Assembly: GCA_016871515.1 (NCBI GenBank)
Contig: VHDE01000005.1
Location: 21,191-85,190 of the forward strand
Direction of reading: 5' to 3'
DNA length: 64,000 bases
Source: Verrucomicrobiota bacterium
GTDB lineage: Bacteria > Verrucomicrobiota > Verrucomicrobiia > Limisphaerales > SIBE01
The notes under the pieces were generated by a model. The model saw only the letters and a list, made by a program, of their open reading frames with translations. It was not told the DNA's origin and made no database searches. The translations under genes and the position numbers were made by a program. Positions within the stretch are counted from its first letter, which is position 1; every line of letters starts with the position of its first letter. Shown one piece after another: positions 9,640 to 19,016 of this stretch.

Positions 9640-10005
9640 TTACACCTGCATTCGAATCAGTTCCTGGTATCCCTCGAGAAGTTTGTTGCGCACTTCCACC
9701 ATGAGCTGAAACGAAACACTCGCCTCCTCCATAGCAATCATGGCCTGGTGCAGCGGAACCTGCTGACCGCTCAAAAGTCCAGTAACGGCATCGCCGGCCG
9801 CCATTTGCTTGGCATTAACTTCCTGAACCAGCTTGCCCAACACGTTCTCAAACCCAACCTGCTGCTGAGGCGTGGCAATTGATTCCAAAGCAGGGTCCGC
9901 GATGCCCGTATCCGGACTCCCTCCAGCACGGCGCATCGGAAATTGAGGCCGCATGTTCGCATAAGGCGAGGGAAACGGGCTGCCGGTCAGCGAAATTGGA
10001 TTCAT
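9640..10005 (-). CDS. fliE: Flagellar hook-basal body complex protein FliE
   Basis: 121 aa. The C-terminus LHQAMIAMEEASVSFQLMVEVRNKLLEGYQELIRMQV is the FliE signature. Confidence 0.85.
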   Translation of the reverse strand: MNPISLTGSPFPSPYANMRPQFPMRRAGGSPDTGIADPALESIATPQQQVGFENVLGKLVQEVNAKQMAAGDAVTGLLSGQQVPLHQAMIAMEEASVSFQLMVEVRNKLLEGYQELIRMQV

Positions 10006-10010
10006 TAGAA

Positions 10011-10436
10011 TTAACGACGTCCGATGCTCAAGGTTTGAAGAGTCAGCGCCCGGGCATTCTTGATCACAGCCAAGTTCGCTTCAAACGACCGAGTCGATGC
10101 GATCATATCAGCCATCTCCTCATGAATTTTGACGTTTGGATACGAGACCATTCCAGACGCATCGGCATGCGGATGGCCCGGTTGGAAAATCGTTTCCGAT
10201 GGCCTGAAATCCTTCGTAATCTGAGCAACCTTCAGGGTCATCGGCACAGCCTCGGAATTAGCGCCGATCTGCTGTTGCAACAGCGTTTCAAACTTGACGA
10301 CCTGCCGCTGGTAGGGACGGCCCTCAGCGGTGCGGGTGGTGTTTGCATTCGCAATATTCTGCGCGATGACCTCCATTCGAATTCGTTCAGCTTGGAGAGC
10401 TGACGCGGCACTTTGTATTCCGGGTAAGAGATTCAT
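10011..10436 (-). CDS. flgC: Flagellar basal-body rod protein FlgC
   Basis: 141 aa. It has SALQAERIRMEVIAQNIANANTTRT and a C-terminal rod motif (EEMADMIASTRSFEANLAVI). Confidence 0.9.
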   Translation of the reverse strand: MNLLPGIQSAASALQAERIRMEVIAQNIANANTTRTAEGRPYQRQVVKFETLLQQQIGANSEAVPMTLKVAQITKDFRPSETIFQPGHPHADASGMVSYPNVKIHEEMADMIASTRSFEANLAVIKNARALTLQTLSIGRR

Positions 10437-10819
10437 TAGGAGATGCGGCCAGCAATAGCAGACCTCAGTTTTGCGAACGATGAACTGACAAATTGGGTCT
10501 GCATTTGGTGAGCCATCGTGTTCTGTTGAAGGCGAATTAATTCGCTGTCGAGTTGGACAGTGTTGCCATCCCGATTGGCAGCCGGGGCATTGGTGTCAAT
10601 GACGATCCGAGGTTCAACACGCGAGATGTCCTTGAGATCACGCGCGGCCACAGCCCGACTGAGTTCGGCGCTGAAACTTGATTCGACGTCGATCCGTTTG
10701 TAATTCGGCGTCTCCAGGTTGGCGAGATTGCTCGCGATTGCCTCCTGACGCATCGTCGTTGCGTCGAGCATTTTCTTCAGCCCCTGGTAATTATTGCTCG
10801 AAAACAGTCCGTCCAGCAT
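10436..10819 (-). CDS. flgB: Flagellar basal-body rod protein FlgB (short start chosen)
   Basis: From the ATG at 10819 the product is MLDGLFSSNNYQGLKKMLDATTMRQEAIASNLANLETPNYKR. The stop overlaps the flgC ATG (TAATG). The longer ORF (to 10885) would read through the sigma-54 element. Confidence 0.85.
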   Translation of the reverse strand: MLDGLFSSNNYQGLKKMLDATTMRQEAIASNLANLETPNYKRIDVESSFSAELSRAVAARDLKDISRVEPRIVIDTNAPAANRDGNTVQLDSELIRLQQNTMAHQMQTQFVSSSFAKLRSAIAGRIS

Positions 10820-10842
10820 AAGTTTTTGCCTTAGGCAGCCAA

Positions 10843-10857
10843 GCAATCGATGTGCCA
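10843..10857 (-). promoter_or_regulatory. Sigma-54 (RpoN) -24/-12 promoter element upstream of flgB
   Basis: The minus strand reads TGGCACATCGATTGC, an exact fit to TGGCAC-N5-TTGC. The -12 GC lies about 24 nt upstream of the flgB ATG at 10819. Confidence 0.55.
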
Positions 10858-11340
10858 CGCGAGGCGCCCGGAAAATCCTACACAAATCTTGAGGTCAATC
10901 CGCAGCGCAGGAAAAACATGCCACTTACACTCTTTGCTTTACGTAATTTTTTCCGGCGCGGATCAAAGTCATTGAATGTGACCGAGGCTGTCTCGGGTCA
11001 AAAGTCCATGCCGTTCTTCTATCCCGGTCTCGACACGCTGCGGAGCGACAAGAGGCCAAAATAGCCTAGAGCGGTAATTGGGTGCTGGCTTGGCCCACGG
11101 TCTGCTCCACGACTCAGAGGTCGCAGCACTGACCCGATGGCGACACGAAAACCGGCAAAGCAAGACCAAGCGGGCCTCGACAAACGTTCCTCGGGGCTAT
11201 ATAAGAGTCTTACCGGACAGGTCGCTCCGAACGCTCCGTGACCTTACCAGGAAAAATGTCGGCGCGTGGCACGGCAGCGGTATTGTTAAGCGTTGTGGTG
11301 GCATCCACACTTGGCACATAGCAAACGAAGCGTTGTATTT

Positions 11341-13083
11341 ATGAATGTTCGATCAGGTGTCACCATGCCACTATTCCATTTGCCTGCAGGCACTTTATCT
11401 CTGGTGCGCAGTTGGCTTGCGGTTTGTTTGTTTCCTTGGTTCACGCTTGGCGCTCCAACCGAGAATGGAGGCACTGCCGCATCAGCATCGACTAAGGTCG
11501 GCAAATGGCAGGTTGCAGCCGAAAAGGGCGAACCATGGGCTTGTTTTAATCTTGGCCTCTCCTATCACCTAGGCAAAGACACTCCCGTCAACCCTGCCGA
11601 AGCGATTAAGTGGTACCGTTTTGCATCTGAACGCGGTTACGCTCCGGCGCAAGCGAACCTCGGCTATTGCTACGACACGGGATTCGGAGTTCCAGTGGAT
11701 CATTATAAAGCGGCCGAGTGGTATCAGAGCGCCGCGCTGCAAGGCAACGCCTACGCGCAATATAATCTCGGCAAGAAATACCATGCAGGGCCAGGAATTG
11801 CCCTGGATCCGAAGCTTGCTGAGAAGTGGCTCAAGCAAGCAGCAGAACAGAATTTCATCCCGGCAATCTTCAGCCTCGGCCAGATTTATGCCGAAGAAAT
11901 CTCGACCACACCCGATTTCAAAAAGGCCTTACACTCGTTCAGGATGGCAGCCGAGCAAGGGTATGCGGCGGCCCAGCACGCAATCGGTTACATGCATTTC
12001 GCCGGCAAGGGTGTTCAGACAAATTACTTTGAAGCGGTCAAATGGTACAAGTTGGCTGCCAGTCGGAACTTCGCCGACTCGCATTACAACCTGTCGATCT
12101 GCTACGAGCGAGGACTCGGTGTTCCGCAGAATCTAACAGCTGCCGTTAATCATTATCGGACCGCAGCCGAATTGGGGCATCGCTTCGCGCAATATAGCCT
12201 CGGAGTCTGCTACTACGAGGGCAAAGGCGTCGAGGTTGATCTGATTCACGCGTACAAATGGTGGAATTTGGCCGCAGTCCAAGGTGTGCCCGAAGCGGCT
12301 TCGAGCAAGAGAATCCTCTCGCGTTTATTGACGGAAAGCCAAGTCAAGGAAGGTCAGCAACGCGCCAACGAATTTGTCGACGCATTTGTCGTTCGAGCAT
12401 CAACGCCATCCGACAGCCTAAAGCTCATACAAGTCGCGTCGGCAGAGGGTGGCGGCGAGATCAAAAAGGCTGGCACCGGCGTGATGATCTCATCCGATGG
12501 ATATTTGCTGACAACCTTGCAGACTGTATTAGGCGGAAAGAATGTCCAGGTAGTGACAGAAGGAGGCACCTTTAGCGCCGCACTTGTCAAAACAGACCAA
12601 CTGAATGACATCGCGCTGTTCAGGATCTCGGGTGTGTTCCAACCGTTGCCGTTGTTTTCAAGCCGGGATGTTCCGGTGGCCACCGAGGTGTTGGCCTTGG
12701 GCTTTGACGCCGAGAACCAAGGACAATTCACCCCTAAAGCCGCCCACGGCAAAATTAGTTCGCTTTTGGGGTTTCAAGCCGACCCGAGGCAGTTCTCGCT
12801 CGAACCGCGGGTCACATCCTCCTTCGGAGGCGCTGCTCTCGTTAACAATCGCGGCCAGCTTGTCGGCATGGTTCTCACCGAACCCGGCGAGCACGCGTCC
12901 ACGGAAGCGCGACCAAATACGAATACCAGTTACGCTCTTAAGAGCGATCATCTTATGCGGTTTCTCCGAACCGTTCCAGAGGTCAAAGCGATTGTTGAAT
13001 CGACGAAGACGGCGCCGGAGTTGTCGGCGAGTGATGTGCTTTCGAGGGCCAGAGCCGCCACCGCCTTGGTCCTAGTGCTCTAA
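11341..13083 (+). CDS. Secreted Sel1-repeat protein fused to a trypsin-like (S1C/HtrA-like) domain lacking catalytic His and Ser
   Basis: The start is uncertain (ATG 11341 or 11365; the track uses TTG 11293). Signal-like N-terminus LSLVRSWLAVCLFPWFTLGAP. About 8 Sel1 repeats (e.g. AEAIKWYRFASERGYAPAQANLGYCY). The C-terminal GTGVMISSDGYLLTTLQTV...DIALFRI...SSFGGAALVNNRGQLVGM aligns to the HtrA protease core. Confidence 0.8.
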   Translation: MNVRSGVTMPLFHLPAGTLSLVRSWLAVCLFPWFTLGAPTENGGTAASASTKVGKWQVAAEKGEPWACFNLGLSYHLGKDTPVNPAEAIKWYRFASERGYAPAQANLGYCYDTGFGVPVDHYKAAEWYQSAALQGNAYAQYNLGKKYHAGPGIALDPKLAEKWLKQAAEQNFIPAIFSLGQIYAEEISTTPDFKKALHSFRMAAEQGYAAAQHAIGYMHFAGKGVQTNYFEAVKWYKLAASRNFADSHYNLSICYERGLGVPQNLTAAVNHYRTAAELGHRFAQYSLGVCYYEGKGVEVDLIHAYKWWNLAAVQGVPEAASSKRILSRLLTESQVKEGQQRANEFVDAFVVRASTPSDSLKLIQVASAEGGGEIKKAGTGVMISSDGYLLTTLQTVLGGKNVQVVTEGGTFSAALVKTDQLNDIALFRISGVFQPLPLFSSRDVPVATEVLALGFDAENQGQFTPKAAHGKISSLLGFQADPRQFSLEPRVTSSFGGAALVNNRGQLVGMVLTEPGEHASTEARPNTNTSYALKSDHLMRFLRTVPEVKAIVESTKTAPELSASDVLSRARAATALVLVL

Positions 13084-13190
13084 GCCCCTTTTGGCGAATC
13101 AGTCGAAAGGCTGGTCTCAGCTTCTCACGTGACCGATGGGAAGCCGAAAAAAGCGAGCGGCCCAAAAATTGCTGAGCGGAGATTTGTGAT

Positions 13191-13445
13191 ATGCGATTAG
13201 TCGTAGTGATGGCCGGAGCCTTTGGTTTTATGACCGCAGTGGCAGGTAGCTTGGCTTGGGATAAGCCGTTAGACGTATGCCTCGTAAATGGCATTGTGTC
13301 AGCGCTCATCGCCGGAATTCTTTTTCGTTGGTGGATGAAATTATGGATCTCTTGCCTGGAGCAGGTTTCGAGAGAAGCCGCATTCCAAGAAGAGGCTGCC
13401 CAACTGGAATCAGAATCCCAGCAGTCCGACTCAAGACGCGAGTGA
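13191..13445 (+). CDS. Possible small two-TM membrane protein upstream of fliA
   Basis: 84-aa ORF with two hydrophobic helices (LVVVMAGAFGFMTAVAGSLAW; IVSALIAGILFRWWMKLW) and an acidic tail. It ends 20 nt before the fliA ATG. Codon bias is not convincing. Confidence 0.35.
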   Translation: MRLVVVMAGAFGFMTAVAGSLAWDKPLDVCLVNGIVSALIAGILFRWWMKLWISCLEQVSREAAFQEEAAQLESESQQSDSRRE

Positions 13446-13465
13446 AACCGGAAGTACATGATAAT

Positions 13466-14269
13466 ATGGACACTGCGGTCGCCAACCCTGTCGCTGACAA
13501 GCTGCCGAGCAAGGTCCTGAGGCTTTATCAGAAAGCCAGTATTAAGGACTATTCGGAAGACGAATTGGTTCTCAAGTATGCACCCTTTGTCCTCAAGATG
13601 GTCCATCGAATTGCTCCAATCACTCGTTCCGTCGTTGATTTTGAAGACCTGAAGAGCGTCGCTTATTTTGCGCTGGTCCAGGCAGCCCGCTCATTCGATC
13701 CCGAAATGGGTGTGGCATTTGAAGTTTACTGCAAGCCACGCGTTCGAGGAGCTATCGTGGATGAGTTGAGGAAGAATTCCACAGTCACACGCTCTGTCTA
13801 TGCCAAGTGGAAGAAGCTCGCTCGAACCATTCAGGAACAAGAAGAGAAGCTCGGGAGATCACCCACAGAACTTGAAATCTCCGCCGCCCTCGGCATCACG
13901 GCCCATGAATATCGAGAACTCCTGGACGATCTAAAGCTGGTCTCCTATGTGTCGCTGGACGAGATTTCGGGACCCGAATCCGAGAACGACGAATTCATTC
14001 CGTTTCAATTGGAAGATCTTCATCAAGTGGACCCAGCCAGCCACGCCTGCGCGCAGGACCTGCACGAGTTAATTCGGAATCGGCTCCTGCAAATGACGCC
14101 GCAACAAAGGAAAATCTTGACCCTGTATTACTACGAGGGGTTGCGTCTTAAAGACATCGCTTCCTTGCTCAAACTCAGCGAATCCCGAATTTGCCAGATT
14201 CATACTGAGGCAATTTTGTCGCTGCGCGCCTTCCTTGACAGGAAGGAAAGTTTGATCAATAATAACTAG
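13466..14269 (+). CDS. fliA: Flagellar sigma factor FliA (sigma-28)
   Basis: From the ATG at 13466. Region 2 is DLKSVAYFALVQAARSFDPEMGVAFEVYCKPRVRGAIVDELRK. Region 4 is QRKILTLYYYEGLRLKDIASLLKLSESRICQIHTEAILSLRAFL. The longer track ORF start (13277) overlaps the small ORF. Confidence 0.85.
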   Translation: MDTAVANPVADKLPSKVLRLYQKASIKDYSEDELVLKYAPFVLKMVHRIAPITRSVVDFEDLKSVAYFALVQAARSFDPEMGVAFEVYCKPRVRGAIVDELRKNSTVTRSVYAKWKKLARTIQEQEEKLGRSPTELEISAALGITAHEYRELLDDLKLVSYVSLDEISGPESENDEFIPFQLEDLHQVDPASHACAQDLHELIRNRLLQMTPQQRKILTLYYYEGLRLKDIASLLKLSESRICQIHTEAILSLRAFLDRKESLINNN

Positions 14270-14279
14270 CCCACAGTAT

Positions 14280-15140
14280 ATGGTCATATTCATCGGTCTC
14301 ATCGTCATTATGGGCGGCACGATCACAGGATTTACCATTGGCGGCGGTAAACTGTCGTCTCTGATTCACCCCGCCGAGGTAATCACGCTTGGGGGCATGG
14401 CCCTTGGAGCGATGATTATCATGTCGCCGGTTAAGGTCCTGAAGCAAATCGTCTCAGTATCGATTTCATGCCTCAAAGGCGCTCCCTTCAAAAAATCAGA
14501 TTTTGAGGACCTCCTTAAAGTGATGTATGAACTATTTGTGCTGGGACGCCGCAACGGAATGATCGCGCTCGAAGAGCACGTTATGAATCCTGGAGGCAGC
14601 AGTCTCTTTAAGAAATATCCCTCGTTCCACAAGAACCATGCGGCGTTGGAATTCTTTTGTGACGGATTGAGGCCAATTGTCGATGGACGAATCAAGCCGG
14701 ATCAACTTGAGCCGCTCATGGATAAATCTTTGGATTTGATCGAGCACGAGAAACACGCGCCTCCGCTGGTCTTGAGCAAGATTGCCGATGCACTGCCTGG
14801 CTTCGGAATCGTGGCCGCCGTCCTTGGCATCGTGATCACAATGGGCGCCCTGGGTGGCGACGTGAGCGCGGTTGGAGGAAAGATCGCCGCGGCGCTGACG
14901 GGCACTTTCATGGGCGTTTTCTTGTGCTACGGCGTAGTCGGCCCCATGGCTACCAACATCGAATTCTACAATCACGGCGAAATGACTTACCTGAATTGCA
15001 TCAAAGCAGCAGTCGTTAGCTTTGCCAACGGGCTTCCGCCGCTTGTCGCAGCGGAAGTCGGCCGCCGCGTCCTGGACGAAGATATGCGTCCGAGCGCTTC
15101 AGAACTGGAGACGATGCTTAAGACCATGGGTTCTAAGTAA
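14280..15140 (+). CDS. motA: Flagellar stator protein MotA
   Basis: 286 aa with four TM segments and a MotA/ExbB-type C-terminal channel region (ALPGFGIVAAVLGIVITMG...TFMGVFLCYG). It starts 10 nt after the fliA stop. Confidence 0.9.
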   Translation: MVIFIGLIVIMGGTITGFTIGGGKLSSLIHPAEVITLGGMALGAMIIMSPVKVLKQIVSVSISCLKGAPFKKSDFEDLLKVMYELFVLGRRNGMIALEEHVMNPGGSSLFKKYPSFHKNHAALEFFCDGLRPIVDGRIKPDQLEPLMDKSLDLIEHEKHAPPLVLSKIADALPGFGIVAAVLGIVITMGALGGDVSAVGGKIAAALTGTFMGVFLCYGVVGPMATNIEFYNHGEMTYLNCIKAAVVSFANGLPPLVAAEVGRRVLDEDMRPSASELETMLKTMGSK

Positions 15141-15177
15141 GAACGTCTTGAACTAAACTCATTAGAAAGGATTCTTT

Positions 15178-15912
15178 ATGGCTGCGGGCGGCGGTGGTTC
15201 ATGGAAAGTGGCCTTCGCAGATTTCGTTACAGCGATGATGGCCTTGTTCCTGGTGTTGTGGATCATGAATCAGGATCAGGCAGTCAAGGGCATCGTGCAG
15301 GAACATTTCAAGAATCCCTGGAAGTCTGCTCTCAGCGATTCTACGGGCATTATCCCAATCAAGAATGCGGACATGGTTATGTCTTCGAGGGCCAATTTTG
15401 AAAATCCTTCCGTCGTTCCGCTCGAAACAGTCAAACGCCCCAACGAAGATTTGATCAAAGTTTTTTTACAAACTCCCGAATATCGGGAAAATCGGTCTAT
15501 CCAAATCGAGCTAACTCCCGAAGGGCTCTTGATTAACTTTCTCGATAGCCCTGGCAGACCGATTTTCGAGAAAGATTCGGCCGACTTCACGGACTACGGA
15601 AAATATGTCTTTAATACGGTGGCGTGGGACATTGCTCGATATCCATCGACAATCGTCGAGCTCGAAGGTCACACTGAGAAAGGGTTCAAATCCGTTCGCG
15701 CCAATTATGGCAGTTGGGAAGTTTCCGCGGATCGTGCCAACTCAGCTCGGCGACTCCTGGCCGCTAGCGGCGTCAAGGAGATGCAAATCTCGAAGGTCGC
15801 GGGTTTCGGCGGAACCAAGCCACTCAAAGATCGGAAGCCCGAAGACCCAACGAACAGACGCGTGACAATCATGGTCCGTGGTGAACAGAACATTATCGAA
15901 TCGGTACAGTAG
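15178..15912 (+). CDS. motB: Flagellar stator protein MotB (OmpA-like C-terminal domain)
   Basis: 244 aa. The plug/TM region is WKVAFADFVTAMMALFLVLW with the conserved Asp. The OmpA-like C-terminus is GHTEKGF...SWEVSADRANSARRLL...NRRVTIMV. Confidence 0.9.
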   Translation: MAAGGGGSWKVAFADFVTAMMALFLVLWIMNQDQAVKGIVQEHFKNPWKSALSDSTGIIPIKNADMVMSSRANFENPSVVPLETVKRPNEDLIKVFLQTPEYRENRSIQIELTPEGLLINFLDSPGRPIFEKDSADFTDYGKYVFNTVAWDIARYPSTIVELEGHTEKGFKSVRANYGSWEVSADRANSARRLLAASGVKEMQISKVAGFGGTKPLKDRKPEDPTNRRVTIMVRGEQNIIESVQ

Positions 15913-15927
15913 CGAATACCTGTCCCT

Positions 15928-16350
15928 ATGGCTGGAAATTTCGTGCCCTTCTTTGAAAAGGCGACCAGCGGCGACTCGCTGCCGCAGTACCAATTCAGCC
16001 AATACAAAGTCTCACGGGTTACCCTCGCTAAACCGCCCCAAACCGTCCGGCGCGTGGACGTGGACAGACACGAGCTCAAAGCAAAGGCTCTGAGCGACCT
16101 GCGAAATGCCGTGAATCTATCCTTGCCACCAGACGCTCTTCAGCAGTTCGTGTCCGACCTCGACCAGTTCAGAGCCTCTGAAAAATCGATCCTCGATACG
16201 CTCGAACCTCATTCCAGCCTCGGAGATGGCGGCCTGATCGACGCTGGAGAGAAGCCAAACATAAAACTTCAAAAGGACGGCGATAAGGTCACAAACATCA
16301 TGGTCGAATGCGAGTGCGGCCAGGTGATCGCGCTGGATTGCGTTTATTAA
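15928..16350 (+). CDS. Hypothetical protein, fourth gene of the fliA-motAB unit
   Basis: 140-aa ORF starting 16 nt after motB, with G/C-rich third codon positions typical of local coding sequence. No family is recognisable by eye. The C-terminus is VTNIMVECECGQVIALDCVY (Cys cluster). A family-A hairpin doublet follows it. Confidence 0.6.
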   Translation: MAGNFVPFFEKATSGDSLPQYQFSQYKVSRVTLAKPPQTVRRVDVDRHELKAKALSDLRNAVNLSLPPDALQQFVSDLDQFRASEKSILDTLEPHSSLGDGGLIDAGEKPNIKLQKDGDKVTNIMVECECGQVIALDCVY

Positions 16351-16358
16351 TGTTGGCC

Positions 16359-16420
16359 GGACAGCGCGTCTCGCCTGTCCGGGTGAACCTAACATGCGGA
16401 CAGGCGAGACGCGCTGTCCT
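16359..16420. repeat. REPIN-like doublet, family A; probable bidirectional terminator between orf140 and eno
   Basis: ggacagcgcgtctcgcctgtcc (16359-16380) and ggacaggcgagacgcgctgtcct (16398-16420) are reverse complements. The element lies between convergent genes. Confidence 0.8.
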
Positions 16421-16434
16421 ACTGCTGCTTCCGA

Positions 16435-17766
<1,332 letters not shown>

Positions 17767-17798
17767 TCAAGGCGCGCGTTTGGCGAGTTGGCGAGAAA

Positions 17799-18410
17799 TC
17801 AAGCTCGCTCCCGCGTCGAAGGGCGGATGGGCACAGGGACGAACTTGACTGCGGCAAAGACCTCGCTGAGAGCAAGCGTGACGTCGAGCGACGGCAGACG
17901 AAGCGTTGTCTCAAGGCCAGCAGCTTCTCGCAACACCCAGCTCCCATCCGTTTGCCGAATAAATTGTTCGATACGCGGCTCCTTTTGGCTGATCAACAGA
18001 TACTCACGGGGCAACGGCATTTGCCGGTAATTTTCGAACTTCTTGCCGCGGTCATAGGCCTCGCTGGAATCCGACAAAACTTCGGCAATGAGAGTTGGAT
18101 TGACGATGGTGTCGTCGGTGTTTTCAGCAAACTGCAGCGGACCGCACACCACCGATGCGTCAGGGTAAGTGATAAGCCCAGTTGCTTCGACCTTGAGACG
18201 CAAGTCGCTCGTGTAAACGACGCATTTACCGTTTTTTAGTTTGCCGTGAAGCGCGGAAATAAAATTCGCCGCGATTTGACTATGCTGCGCCGTGCCACCT
18301 GACATAGCGAAAACCTCGCCATCGAAAAATTCGCTTTTAAAATCGGCCGCGCGTTCGCGTTCGAGAAACTCCGCTTCCGTCAGCCGACGAACTGATTCAG
18401 GCACGCCCAT
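17799..18410 (-). CDS. Uma2-family (DUF820) putative endonuclease
   Basis: 203 aa. The segments EFFDGEVFAMSGGTAQHSQIAANF...YTSDLRLKV...PDASVVCG...NPTLIAEVLSDSSEAYDRGKKFENY match the Uma2 PD-(D/E)XK-like pattern. Confidence 0.8.
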   Translation of the reverse strand: MGVPESVRRLTEAEFLERERAADFKSEFFDGEVFAMSGGTAQHSQIAANFISALHGKLKNGKCVVYTSDLRLKVEATGLITYPDASVVCGPLQFAENTDDTIVNPTLIAEVLSDSSEAYDRGKKFENYRQMPLPREYLLISQKEPRIEQFIRQTDGSWVLREAAGLETTLRLPSLDVTLALSEVFAAVKFVPVPIRPSTRERA

Positions 18411-18500
18411 ATCCGCAGCACTTTAAAGCAGAGAGCGCCGAAAGCAAGGAGAGGGGATTCCTCGATTCCTCGCCGTGTGGCCTTTGGACGCTCACTAAAT

Positions 18501-18900
18501 TTAGCGAGTGGCCCGATAGAAGGATGGCGAGTCGCTTCCTCCGATCTCGATTCGATCAGCGAGCGCACTCCGAGTCCGTCGCACTACAAGCTGCCAGCCG
18601 CTGGCGACATCGCTCGAACGTTCGATGGCATAGTTTGTTCCTGGCAAAGCGAAAACTGTCAGCCTGCGCCGTTCGCCACCTTCAGCAACCAAAACCGGTT
18701 CGCGGTTAATCACAGCGATAGCCTTAATTCTGTGGGCGCTTGCGAAAGGTTAATCGCCGAAGTGACATTGTTAATTTCGACCGTCTCGGAAATGTCCAAA
18801 CGGGAATCCACAGCAACGATGAACCGCCAATCGCCAGCCAACAATGCCGCTGGAATTACAACCTCTTGCGTCCGCATTAAACACAGCACCAACAGCGACC
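18501..18900 (-). pseudogene. Remnant of the 3' end of a large exported-protein gene (orphan C-terminal FYR-type module, frameshifted)
   Basis: The 70-aa ORF 18501-18713 reads RRLTVFALPGTNYAIERSSDVASGWQLV...SPSFYRATR. This is the same C-terminal pattern as the CotH-LTD and lectin-repeat proteins in this window. Upstream sequence in another frame (FIVAVDSRLDISETVEINNVT) has no start or N-terminal part. Confidence 0.3.
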
Positions 18901-19016
18901 GAGGCAGCGCTGAAACATTTGAAATGGCTTGAAGCCAGCTCGCAGGTGCTCGCAGGTTGTTCTCGCACAAAAAGAAATTGTCCTCCGCTGCCGTTCTCGG
19001 CAATCTGTGCGGTCTT

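Noticed and set aside
11262-11330. Two TGGCAC motifs on the plus strand upstream of the Sel1-repeat gene
   Set aside because: Neither has TTGC at the -12 spacing (TGGCACGGCAGCGGT and TGGCACATAGCAAAC), so they are not convincing sigma-54 promoters.
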